Positions 1 through 12,118 of a stretch of 64,000 nucleotides of DNA are shown piece after piece; position 1 is the stretch's first letter; each line of letters opens with the position of its first letter. Position numbers and translations under genes: made by a program. Origin of the DNA: Octopus vulgaris. Its lineage: Eukaryota. Under the pieces are notes generated by a model. The model had not been told where the DNA came from, did no database searches, and was given only the letters and a program-made list of their open reading frames with translations. Location of the stretch: the NCBI GenBank assembly GCA_951406725.2, contig OX597816.1:142352001-142416000 (forward strand). Direction: 5' to 3'.

Positions 1-239
1 AACTGTAATTAAAGATTGCTGATAATTATCTTTGCAATGTAATGTAATTCCAAGAATATCAATGTAATGTAATTCCAGAATGTCAGAGAAAGAAGCGATT
101 TACCTCTTTTTTCTAAACAGTAAAATTAGATTTTTAAAAAGGAAAAATACAAATAAACACTATCCTTCATAAAGCTTCTTAAAATTCTTGGAAAATATTA
201 AATTGTTCCAAATTTGTTTATCCATCCCATTAACTGTGT

Positions 240-430
240 TTTTAAGTCCCAGCAAACCTAAGATCAAAGACAATTCCATTCATGGCCATCCTACCTTTTT
301 ATAGGTTTCTGAGACAATATTATTTAATGTCCTCATGATCTTTTAAGGTGACAGGGTGTGAAGTGAGGGATATTTAGCTGCTATTTCTAACAGGCTGTAC
401 AGTCATTTAGAAGCAGTCCCACATTAGCTT
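240..430 (+). mobile_element. Degraded copy of a dispersed repeat (family E: ...GACCTATGATCAAAG..ATTCCAGCCATGACCATC...GATTTGGCTGCTATTTCTA...)
   Basis: Shares motifs with copies near 26700-26885, 35090-35225, 55140-56810 and 60905-61110. Confidence 0.55.
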
Positions 431-597
431 ACTCATGACTATGTTGATAGAATATTTAGCTATTAGCTCAAAATTTACACCTTATTATCCAGTCCCCATT
501 TACATCTAAAATAGCTCTAACTGTAAATAGGTATTACCTGGCGATACAGTTCATAAATCCAAATAACTCATATATCACTGACTGTTTACTCATATCA

Positions 598-745
598 GTC
601 TCAGCATTTTAACCAGCCATATTCAGCCCAAATATTCTACGTGTTTTATGTTCAAACCATCAAGATCTAGCCTTTCACACCTATCCTACAATGTCATTCT
701 AAAAATAAACAATCACGTCAAAATCTCTTAATGTTAAAAGGTTAA
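598..745 (+). mobile_element. Partial piggyBac-like MITE
   Basis: Close match to 5631-5845 (GTTTTATGTTCAAACC...CCTACAATGTCATTCTAAAAATAA.CAATCAC); ends AATGTTAAAAGGTTAA, like a TTAA-flanked terminus. Confidence 0.55.
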
Positions 746-1844
746 GCCAAGAGAACTACGAAAAGCCTTCACTCCCACCTCTCTTTTATTAATCATCCAT
801 ATTTGAAACACTGGGTTCTCTGCATCAGTCTGTTATACAACTCAGGAGAGTTAGTGTAAACATGTTTTCATAAGCTACAGTTATCTGGACTGTGTGGTAG
901 CATTGTTCCAGCAGCAAAAGATGCTTATACAACTGAACTCCAGCTACCCAATATGTCACCTTGTGTTTCCATATCTCTGAAATAGAGGTTTTTTTTTTTC
1001 TTCCTTTTTCTTCTTTGTCTTAAACATGGATTGAAGTACTCAGGTAGTATAACTGGGCTTGCAGTGCAAAGATATCTCTTGAATGCATCATTTGTCTGCC
1101 AACTACCAGTTTTGAACCAAGGATAAGTAGTTTACTAACAAACACTTCTACCACGACTTCTTTACTTATATTTCAACCTCTGAAAAATCAGCAACTTCAA
1201 TAGCAGATTATCAAGTTGACTGCAATAGTATAGAATTGACATTTTATTAATTTTCGGCTGTACTTGTGGATATATTTTCGACAAGAACCAACCCTACCAT
1301 GCTGATTTTTCTAGATACACTATATAAAGACAGTTTTTAGTGCTACCCAGTATCACCTCAGCAGTGATAAAACTCATCATAAGAATCAGTTAATAGGTTA
1401 GGATTGAATGAAAGCTCTATGAACTGTCCTATACAGAGATCTCACATCATTTACAACAAATAAAATAAGCAACTAACTTCAACTCGTTGGCAGATACATA
1501 GATTGCCACTTGTGAACTTTCAGACAGACCTTCTTGCAGTATAATGGATGATACCTGACATCTCATACCACATAGTTAACTAATAGTATTGAGTGACATT
1601 TAAAATATTCAGGCTTTTGAGAGGGAGAGGTCACTTTATGCTGTGTTGAAAGACTAAAGTATGATAGAGAGACAAGCACACATGTCTTGTTGTAGAGAAG
1701 ATACATGGCTACCCAACACTATATGGGGCTGGATGGGGAGTAATAGTGAAGGGGATAAAAGAAGGTAGTGGTAGAGTGCTAGTGCAAACTCAAGATAAAA
1801 GGTGAACATGAAACAGGATATGGACAGTGAGTGAGGAGAAGAAA

Positions 1845-1953
1845 GTGTGTATATGTATGTGTGTGTGTGTGTGTGTATATATAGACTCATGTATGCATAT
1901 ATATATATATATATATATATGATTACCAAGATTCAATAACCATATGTGTGTGC

Positions 1954-2035
<82 letters not shown>

Positions 2036-2075
2036 CAACATATATATCAAATATATTCACTCACACACACACATA
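1845..2075. repeat. Compound (TG)n/(TA)n/(CA)n microsatellite
   Basis: Directly visible. Confidence 0.95.
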
Positions 2076-3103
2076 TGGTTATTGAATATTGGTAATTTTA
2101 CAACTACTAGATAAATCATTGACTTGAGCAACAGCAATTAAATAGCATCATTTTGTTATTTCATTGCTCTTCTTGAATTCTGAGTCATGTATGAGGTAAA
2201 CATGATTAGAGACCTTACACCTAAAGCTGTTCTCATTAACAAGCTCAGAAAAAAATGATGAACATTTTAAATGGAACTCCACACTATCATAAATTACATG
2301 TATTATCTCTGAGAAAACAGAATTTCTTTCAATGTTATTACTCATTAATACATTTGAAAAAAAATATTTCTTGTGAAAAGCATTCATTTTAGACTGTACT
2401 TCTATACATTTGAATTTGTATTTAACTTGTTCTGTCATTTCTGATAGCTTGAAGGTCTGAGGTAATTTGAATGATAAGTAAAAGGTAATTAACTAGTTTC
2501 GCATTTATTTTCTCTACAGGAACTTAAAACTTACTTTCACAGATCTTTCTTAAGAGCATCCCCCTTGCCCCAGTTGCAATTCAATAGTTAATAGAAAAGG
2601 AAAAGGAGCACACATATCAACTCAGAAAAGAAACTTAAATAAATTGCCAAAGGCTAACACGCTAAATGATGCTTCATACTGAGCGTATTCCATATTTGTT
2701 GTCATCTCTAACAGCTGGAAAGGGAATTATTTAGCATAGTATGGTGGATCAGTGATTTACAACTGTATTTCCTGATTGCATCACGACAATAAAAACAAAA
2801 GGTACATTTCAGTTAAACACACACATACATACACACGTAAGAGTTCTTAAAGTTAAAAACATCAAAAAGTGTATTTGTTTGAAAATGTAGACACTTAAAA
2901 TATTAAATAAATAAAAAGAATAACTGCAACTTCAAAGTTTAGTGCAGATCAGCTTGTCAAACACTGAATGTTGTTAGAAATATGAGAAATTATATAAGAT
3001 GAAAAGGAGATAGTGGAAAAAGAAAATTTATTGAATATATATTTAGTAATTGGGAGAGCATATATATCTGTGTGTGTGTATATATAGTCATGTATGTATA
3101 TAC

Positions 3104-3139
<36 letters not shown>

Positions 3140-3746
3140 TAACATGCACATATGTATCATTTTGATGGAGCAGTAAATTGAACTAAATACATAAATCCAA
3201 CCCATGCCAGTATGGAAAATGAATATTTAATGATGATGTGTGAGTGTGAAAATGTGTGTGTGTTGGACATGAAACAGACTATAGGCTGCTCAAATTGTCT
3301 TAGAAGAACCTTTTCTTATAAACAATTTAGGTGTAAGTGCACCACTAGACCAGGAATGAATGACATCATTGAACTGTAGTATTCATGCACTTCTGTGTTA
3401 TTATGCTTCAAATTACTTTCAAATTTCATTGTCCTGCTTGGATTACATTTCTTTAAGTAATTTCTTCCAACATGCCATCATGAATTATATTATGTTTTTT
3501 TAAGGTTGTATCATTAGACTCTAAGAAGGAAAATATTGAAGTAAATTTTCACAAATTTTTTGTTAAATGAAGCATACATTACTTTTTGCAAAAATTCTCA
3601 GAAAAGATGGATGAGAAAACTGTAGCTATAGTATAAATATATGCTTATTGGTATAGTGCTAAATTAATGGTGAGTGAGATACATGAAGAATATTTGTGAT
3701 TCCTGTGTTACAGTAAAAATCTTGACATCAGCAATACAATACTTTG

Positions 3747-3876
3747 ACTAGAAAAGCACTCGGAGAGCACAGACCTCCACCAAGCAGCTCATTTCCACCC
3801 ATATACATGCATGCGGAAAATCACCCAATTCCCCAAACCAACGCTGGCAAAAACATAACCTCCTTGGCAGGGGTAA
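3747..3876 (+). mobile_element. Internally deleted Helentron-associated (HINE/DINE-1-like) non-autonomous element
   Basis: Starts ACTAGAAAAGCACTCGGAGAGCACAGACCTCCACCAAG and ends AAACATAACCTCCTTGGCAGGGGTAA; subterminal inverted repeats ACCTCCACCAAG / CTTGGCAGGGGT. Family assignment is from recalled termini. Confidence 0.6.
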
Positions 3877-3889
3877 AAAAAAATAACAC

Positions 3890-4156
3890 AGTCACTTTCA
3901 CCACCACAACCAGTATAACTATTACAATACCACCATCACACAACTAACACTATCATCAGCACCACTATTACCACCATCACCTCAGCATCACACATCACAC
4001 CACTCCTGTCGCCATTATAACCACCAATACTATTTTATCCTCCTCCCATACTTATCTCGACCATCGTCATCATCAACACTGTATCTGTTTTCACCACAAT
4101 CACCATCAAAACTATGATCACCACAATCACCATCAAAACTATGATCACCACAATCA
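3890..4156. repeat. CAC/ACC-rich low-complexity tract with a 27-bp tandem unit (TCACCACAATCACCATCAAAACTATGA x~2.4, 4091-4156)
   Basis: Directly visible. Confidence 0.8.
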
Positions 4157-4399
4157 GTTTCTTTACACTCATGGGAGCGAGATTGTTTCAAATTTTTGAT
4201 TTTTCTAATTTCGGAGTTCTTTATAAAAAATTTTAAAAATTGCATCTACAAAATGGAACAGTTTGAGGATAGAAACCAGGTCTAAACTCAATATCTTATA
4301 GACATACTCTGAATGTAGTTCTATATAAATCTTTAATAATTTTTTTTATACTTAAGACCATCTGCCCACGTTGTCATGCTTTGATTAATAGGTTACAGC

Positions 4400-4888
4400 A
4401 TAGATTAGATTATTTAGATAAGTTTTGGCCGAAGTTGACTCAGGCCATGTCTAATTTAATTGCACCACCTGGAAGAGATACACAGTCAGCTCTGGGGGAA
4501 CCGTAGCACACTCAAGCAGAGGGTTATTGTTTTCAGAGACATATCTGGGTGTGGGTAGTTTATCTGGTATTTGTTGTGGGTTATCATCCAGGGATCGTTT
4601 GAATGCCGTGAAGTCACTTTCCTCCTTTATGTGTGTCTGGCACGATGTTGAAGAGAGCAGAGCCAATTGAGGTGAAATAGTTCTGTTATAGTGTTGTGAT
4701 ACAACATGCACATTTCTGTAGTGGACGGATGGCACAGGGGCCAAGCCTCAGGTGAATTTTAAAGATGGACAATGTTGATGGGATATTTTCCACATCATAC
4801 CGAAGATATAGAGCTCTTAGCGGCAGTGGATGGAGCAAAGCCTGAGCTTTTTGAGTTGATCCCAATAGTCAAGGCTTGTCACGTCATC
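4400..4888 (-). mobile_element. Older 3' fragment of the CR1-group LINE (ORF2 C-terminus and 3' UTR)
   Basis: Homologous to 19412-19900; peptide QIPDKLPTPRYVSENNNPLLE matches [20 protein letters not shown] of the young copy; 3' UTR CCAGGTGGTGCAATTAAATTAGACATGGCCTG is shared. Confidence 0.85.
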
Positions 4889-5268
4889 CTCCGCAGACCT
4901 TGGCCAAGCAGTTCATTTTAAGGTAGATACACTAGTAAAATTACTAATAGAGAAATGAGAATAAACTTTGGAATCAGCAACGCCACCATAGGTTACATGG
5001 AAACAATGAATGTGTTTTCAAGGGAGATGATCAAAGAACATTACATTATAATACTTCATGTAAAGTAGATATAACAAATAGAAAATCCTTCAAAAATCCA
5101 TTAAAATTCCTGGATCACTACCGAAATTTCATCATCTGTTCCTTATGTCATTACCAACTTTTCCTGCAAGTTTCATCAAATAACTTTCACAACTTTTTGA
5201 GTTATTTTGCACACACACGGACAAACCAATACCAATGAAAACCTAACCTCCTTCCTTGGCAGAGGTAA
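4889..5268 (+). mobile_element. HINE/DINE-1-like element lacking its 5' end
   Basis: CGCAGACCTTGGCCAAGCAG start matches the copy at 3747; body GGATCACTACCGAAATTTCATCATCTGTTCC...AACTTTTTGAGTTATTTTGC; ends AACCTCCTTCCTTGGCAGAGGTAA. Confidence 0.6.
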
Positions 5269-5630
5269 CTATGCAGCTGCTATATCGAAGCATTTCCTAT
5301 CACTTTCAAGGTTTTACTTGTTTTGGTTTTTCACTTTTCATTTAGTTTTTGTTTATATAGTAATACTTGTTAGTTGATCTCTTTTACTATTTTTCATTAC
5401 ACTCATTTTCACAATTTGATTCCTTCCATATTATTAGCTGCTATTGTAAAAGTTAAACTTATCATCATATGATCAGCATTAAGACTTTAATCTCAAGCCA
5501 TTGTACCTCTATTACAGTCAACAATCCACTACTATAATCACACACTATACTTCAACTATAGTCAACATTCAATAACAGTCCACCACCTTAACCACACACT
5601 GTACTTTACTGTGGTCAATACTTCACCATC

Positions 5631-5845
5631 TTACCCCTTTAGCATTTAAACTAGCCATATCCTACTCAAATATTATACCTGTTTTATGTTCAAACCAGCC
5701 ATATCTGACGTCTCACAGCTACCCTACAATGTCATTCTAAAAATAAGCAATCACATCATTAAAATCTCAAAGCTGTGAGATAATGCTCGATTATTTCAAA
5801 ACAAATGAAGTATTACATTTGACAGAATAATCTGAATACTAAAGC
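5631..5845 (+). mobile_element. piggyBac-like MITE
   Basis: TTACCCCTTTAGCATT...AATACTAAAG imperfect terminal inverted repeats; homologous to 598-745. Confidence 0.6.
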
Positions 5846-7440
5846 ACAGACCATGTACTCCTATGACTAATAGTTGAAAACTTTAACTACACAAAATCTT
5901 TTCCCCTTTCTATAGTTAGAAATGATTATGATAGCCAGTCTAGGTTTATAAAAAGGTTTAACAAAGTTATCATTTGTGCTTCTTGATATTATATTTTCAA
6001 GTAAGTTAATTATAATTTATCTTCTCCCTTAAATTTTTAATCCTAAAGCCTTTATCAATTAAAGATTGCCTTAACGAACTTTTTGAATTAAAATTTGCCT
6101 ATTGCAAATTTTTAAACCATTGGCTATACTCAGTTCTACAGAAAATTAATCATTACGACAGTTTGTAATTGCTATATCGCCCATAAAGATTAAGTAGATG
6201 CTTTTTCTTTGAGCTATTAAATAGGTTTATAGCATTTTGAATCAAATTATTAATAAAATTAATAGATATTTTGAACTTTTAATTAAGATATGAATTTTTC
6301 TTGCCCTATCTCTTTCAAAAAAAATTTATGTCTATCTAAAGTTTCTGTAAATTATTATTAATCTAACAGTTCTGCTTACTTTTTCTTTTTTCTTCACTGA
6401 AATATTTATCAATATAGGTAGCCATATTGTTTAATATATTATTTTCCTTTATTCACATTTTCGCATCCATTTTATTAATTAATTTTCATTTGACTTTAGT
6501 TTTCCATATCAATATACTCTTTAGTTTTTTTGTTTTGTTTTGATTTTTTTTTTGTTTTTAATTAGTGTTTAGTTTAAATTAGAGGAGCATTGTATATAGC
6601 TCTTGTAAACCTTCTAGACTTGTGAGGTTGATGTCATTTGATGTTCAGTTTGAACTTCTAAAAATCAATGTTGAGGTGGGAAGGAGAAGATTATGCACAT
6701 AAAGTTATGGGTGAGACACAGGGTGACAAGAGCAGAGTTTGATACCATATACATACATATTCCATAGGTTTGGGGGGGAAAAATAACATGCAATTTGCTG
6801 TTTCCATTGACTGACAACTGTTAGAGTAGCATTAAAAGAAACCATGTCACTGGCTATTTAGAATGTTTATGTAATAGTACCAAACTAGATACACAAGCCA
6901 TATTCTAACTTGTGATTTCTAAAGAGTAAGTGATGAAATATGTCTACCTCTTAGAAGAAAGCCAGCCTTTTGGACACAGTATCGGCCACTAAACATGTTA
7001 TACATACTTAGCTGTAAATAAGAAATGAGGAGTACTGGAAAATTGTTAGATGTCAGAGCACATTAAGAATGTTTGTGTTCTTTAATTTGCATGCAGTAGT
7101 CTAATATCTCGACTGCTCAACCACTGCACCTCATTCAGATTCTTAATCTTCTTCCAAGTTCTCCTGATATATATTATAAGTATCACATGTGTATGTGTAG
7201 ATGTATAGGTACCAGTAGTAGTTGTAGTAATCCTTTCTACTATAAGCACAAGACCTGAAATTTGTGCAGAGTGGGTACGTCAATCCCAGTGACCCCAGTA
7301 CTTGACTGATACTTAATATAAATACGAGCAAAATGAAAAAGTAAATTACTTTCAATTCAGTATAAGCTTGACGTATTAATGTATGAAAATCAGTGTATAA
7401 TTCAGCATTTGATATTAGACAGGCACAATATTCACTACCA

Positions 7441-7746
7441 GGTAGACAGAAACTGAAAAGAATCCCGTCGTATATTTATATATCTGTGTGCGTGTGTGTG
7501 TGTGTGTGTATGTCTCTGTGTTAGTGTTTGTCCCCCCATCACCACTTTACAATTGGTGTTGGTGTGTTTACATCCTTGTAACTTAGCAGTTTGGCAAAAG
7601 AGACCAATAGAATAAGTACTAAGCTTTAAAAGAAATAAGTCCTGAGGTCAATCAATTTGTTTGACTAAAAGACCCTTCAGAGTAGTGCTCCAGCATAACC
7701 ACAGTTGACTGACTGGAACAACTAAAAGGATAAAAGAATAAAGAAT
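7441..7746 (+). mobile_element. 5'-truncated tRNA-derived SINE (family A)
   Basis: Matches the body and tail of 8298-8716 (GGTAGACAGAAACTGAAAAGAATCCCGTCG, TG tract, AGAATAAGTACT, GTGCTCCAGCAT, AAAGAATA tail). Confidence 0.85.
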
Positions 7747-8297
7747 CACTATATTTTAATGCATGTTATGTACATATGTTTTTCTCTTATGGAGTTAAGA
7801 GTGTATGTTACATTGCATTTATATTTAGCTAGATTTTAGATATTTTACTTCATATAAGTGTAAAAATTAATAATATCCAATGATCATTGAATGTTTCAAT
7901 AGTTCAAGGCCAAAACAACCAATGATCATTGGATACCATCTGATGACATCATTTCCTCTTGGTCAAAGCTACATTCACCAAAGGTGAGCAAAGAAGATTC
8001 TTCTTCCAGATTTTATCACTATCATTATATACATGTGGATAGGGGTAAATATCTCTGTATAGTGTGTATGATGTGTGTGTTCATAAATATAAGTACATAT
8101 GTATGTAAACACAAGCTGTTTACAAAAATGCAAATATGCAATAATGTTGATATTTCTCTCATGCATATGTCTAATAGTGTCTAGATTTGTTTATATGCAT
8201 ATTTCTTACAACTGGCCTTTTGTTTATTCTACATGCATATATATATATATGTGTGTGTGTGTCTTTGAAAACAATCTGTTTTTACCAAAATAGTTTT

Positions 8298-8716
8298 GCA
8301 GGCATGGCAGTGTGGTAAGAAGTTTGCTTCCCAACCGCTTTAGTTCCAGATTCAGTCCCACTGCATGGAACCTAGGGCAAGTGTCTTCTACTATAGCCTC
8401 AGGCCAACAAAAGCCTTGTGAGTGGATTTGGTAGACAGAAACTGAAAGAAGTCCATTGTATATATATATATATGTAGTTTTGTGTGTGTGTGTTTGCCCC
8501 CCCCCCCCCCAGTCATCACTTGACAACCAATGTTGATGTGTGATGTGTTTATGTCCGCATAACTTAGCAGTTCGGAAAAAGAGACCGATAGAATAAGTAC
8601 TAGGCTTACAAAGAATAAGTCCTGGAGTCGATTTCTTTGGTTTAAAGACCCATTAAGGCGGTGCTCCAGCATGACCACAGTCAAATGATTGAAGCAAGTA
8701 AAAGAATAAAAGAATA
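8298..8716 (+). mobile_element. Full-length tRNA-derived SINE (family A)
   Basis: A-box-like TGGCAGTGTGG, B-box-like GATTCAGTCCC, CTAGGGCAAGTGTCTTCTACTATAGC, internal TA/TG tract and (AAAGAATA)n tail; many copies in the window. Confidence 0.9.
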
Positions 8717-8839
8717 TTGTCTCATAGTGATAATATCTTTTATCAATAGTATACTTTCTGAATGCCTGCTACCTACAGGTTTATGCATCCCCTGTTCATG
8801 ATTAGTTACATATATGTATATAAGTATGTATATATAATG

Positions 8840-8974
8840 TTAATTCATTTGAAAATGAGGTTTCCATCCATTGTGTTGTTCTGAGTTTTGTGTTTCCTTT
8901 TCTTCTCTGTGACTCATGGAAACACGAATCTCAGTATAGCAACAAAGGAAAAGCCCTAACTTTAAATAAATTAA
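8840..8974. repeat. Imperfect inverted repeat (foldback/MITE remnant)
   Basis: TGTTGTTCTGAGTTTTGTGTTTCC pairs with GGAAACACGAATCTCAGTATAGCAACA; outer arms TTAATTCATTTGAAA / TTTAAATAAATTAA. Confidence 0.75.
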
Positions 8975-9819
8975 TAAACTTTGTTGCATGCATTGTCTAT
9001 GTTTTTTAAAAAATTTTTTTTATCCCTTTTGTAAATTGAAACACACATATATGTGGGAAGGTAGGGAAAGAGAGATTTAGTAGCAATAACTATAATATTG
9101 ATTTCAAGTATTGGCACAAGGTTGCAACTGTTTAGTAGGTTATAGTCAATTAAATCAACCCCAGTACTTTATTTTATTGATATCCTGAGAATGATGAAGG
9201 GCAAAGTTGACCTCATCAGGATTTAAATATTGATCTATATATTATCCATAATAGTGATTTTTCTTCTTTATTTTTTATGAAGTAGTTACTATCTGTAGAT
9301 GCCTACCAGGCAATCTCAGAGATTTTGAATTACTATTTTACAAGCAAACTCTTCTAAATTCATGATCAAACCACTGTCTTGTCAGTTTTCTTAATAATGC
9401 AAGATGTAGTAAAGTTCAGCTTTGGTTGAAAGGACTGTGTGGACCCACATCCACTGTTTTTGTTTTTTGTTTTCCCTTAAGATTTCACTCTAAGTATAAA
9501 TAAATTGATCAAATACATCAATATTTATTCAGATCTTTATCTCTGTATTTGCATTTGCTGTATCATTATAATCAGGAAATATCATGTGAACTATATTTCT
9601 GACATTGTTATGCATGTATATGTTTGCATGCATGCACATGCATACATATGTCTGGGGGGCAATATATATGAGAGAGAGAACAAAAGTTGGTGTAATGCAT
9701 GCTTAATAATCATCTTGCTGTCTCACCTTATAATTTTATTTAAATTCACTTTTTTCATTTGAACTAAATAGGATAGTTTCAGACAGATCAACTGTATAAT
9801 TCTGAGTATTACTGAGGCA

Positions 9820-10160
9820 CAAACATTACTCGCTCACATTCAAACATAGATAAAAACATGCCCAAAAGTACACTTGCTCAACATTAACATGCTTGCTCAC
9901 TCACAAATGTGCTTGTGCATCTATTCACACTTTTACACACACTTAGACTTACACATACTTGCTCGCTCACACTCACTCATGCTCCCACATGCTTGGTCAC
10001 ATACATACTCACACTCGTACATGCTCACTATTACACTCCTTTTCTCATAGTCTCTCGCATGCTCATGTACTTATACATACTCTCACACACTTACACATGC
10101 ATTTATATACACTCACTCTCACACATTCACACGCACAATTGCTAACACACATCCACAAAG
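9820..10160. repeat. Degenerate (CA)/(CACT)-rich microsatellite
   Basis: Directly visible. Confidence 0.75.
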
Positions 10161-12118
10161 ACAGTTAAGATAGTGTCTGTCTGTCTGCCTGTCTTTCTTT
10201 TCCCTCTTTCAGTCAATCACATTTATTGATATAATAAATTGTAGATATTTCTGTCATGAATTTAACTAAGAGGAACACAATTGCCATAAGAATTCACATA
10301 ATATCATTGGAAATATGAATCTAAGAGTAAATTGAAAAGAAAAGACTTCTAATAATCTTTCTTTTATAGACAAAAAAATAGAGATCAATGAAAGGGTCAT
10401 GATAATAACCTATTTTGATATAGGCAATATGTATGGCTGATAGAGATGGATCAGACTATGTAGTATCAAACTAAATGTTTAGTTTTGTCTGAGATCAAGT
10501 CATACTTAGTGGGACTCTACTTTTTACTGTTACAGAGTTGATGAAAGAATTAACAGTTAGATGCTATGTTTGATTCAATAGGATCTCTTTCAAGAACTTT
10601 CCTTGTACTAAGTTGAAGGAAATCATTACTAATACTATCTAAATAGGGTAAATTAAGTAGTTGCTTCTAAGCGAGAGGTTCTGTGAGGAAAATACAAAAA
10701 TTAAAAGTTTTATGTAAATAAACTTAATGGTATTATGGGTAACTAATATTTATTTTTGTTCTATAGGCTAATCTATATATATGTTCTAGATTTTAGCTTA
10801 AGTTACTTTTAGTTGAAGCTGTCTCTCAATAAGTTCGTTACTTTGCTAATTCAAAAACCAACCACTAATTTTACTTAAATATTTTTTATGTAGATTGTCT
10901 TTCCAATTAATAGACCAGCTTTGTATAATTTTTTGTTATTTTCCTGAAAAGAGGACCTTGTTCCCCAGAATGTTGTTAAAAATAAGTATGTAGTACAACA
11001 GCTATAAATTGAAGATAGTTTAGCTATGAGCAAAGTAACTGATGCGAACCAAGAACATTATTTCTGCAAATATATTTTACCATTAATGAACTCTTTTTAC
11101 TCTGCCAATATTTGCCGTTTTGCATATTTGCTTCATTTCATTCATCACTACTTCAGCTAGAACAAAGAGGGCATACTTCAGTAATGTCCAGAGTCAACTC
11201 CTTTACTTGCCAGATGTTAAAAAAAATTTTTAATAAGTCTTTGAGTAATACTATTCCCCCCCCCCCACAACACACATTTATTTCTAGTTAACTTCTTAAA
11301 ACTCCATAATCTTTTGTATATTGAAATGAATGCTGTCTCTGAATCATTTTATTCTGTTTGCTTTTTTTTAAAACTTATTTAAGAATAGATCAAGTTTCTG
11401 TTTTATTTTTAATAAAGTAATAAAAAAATTCCAAGACCATTAAAGCATGAAAGTATTAAATTAAACTGTTTTAAACACTGTAAAGGTGCAAAACATAAAA
11501 TAATTCAGTAAAATGCAAAATATGGCAATAATACACTAAAGTTTGTCAGCCTCTGTTTTATTGGTTCTGTCTGTTTCACCTTTCTATAATCTTTATGACG
11601 CAAAAGATTTCAGGTTGGTTGTCTGCCAATCCCTCTTCTTTACTCTTCAGTTAGTCTAGCTCTTTTTGATTATTACTCTATATAACTCCTTCTAGTGTTT
11701 TTATTTCAGGTGTCTCTATTGTTACCATTCTGCCTTTTCTTCAAAAGTGTTCCTACTGTCATCATGCCTTTTGTTTGAAAAGTACTCCAACTGTAATAAA
11801 CCACTCTTTGTTTTAAGATCATTCCAAACATAACCGCCTGCATTCCAAGCATGACTTTCACATCCTTTTTCTTTCAAGCCAAAATCTCCTGCATGTTACA
11901 CTCTACCATTTTTTTAAAGACACACTTGCTAATTTAGTCTGATGTACACTATGCTTGAAAAGTAAATGATAGGTTAGTCATGGGTGCTATATATTTCATC
12001 ATGAGTCTTCTAGATCACAGCTGACTTGGGGCTAAGCAATAATTATCAATCAATAGATGTATCCTGTACATTTATAGTTTCATGTTTAGAGTTTGCACTG
12101 CCTTGATTTTTTTCATAA

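Noticed and set aside
1470-1560. Possible RTE-like LINE C-terminal remnant (QLRW.GH-like)
   Set aside because: Requires several frameshifts; too degraded to support.
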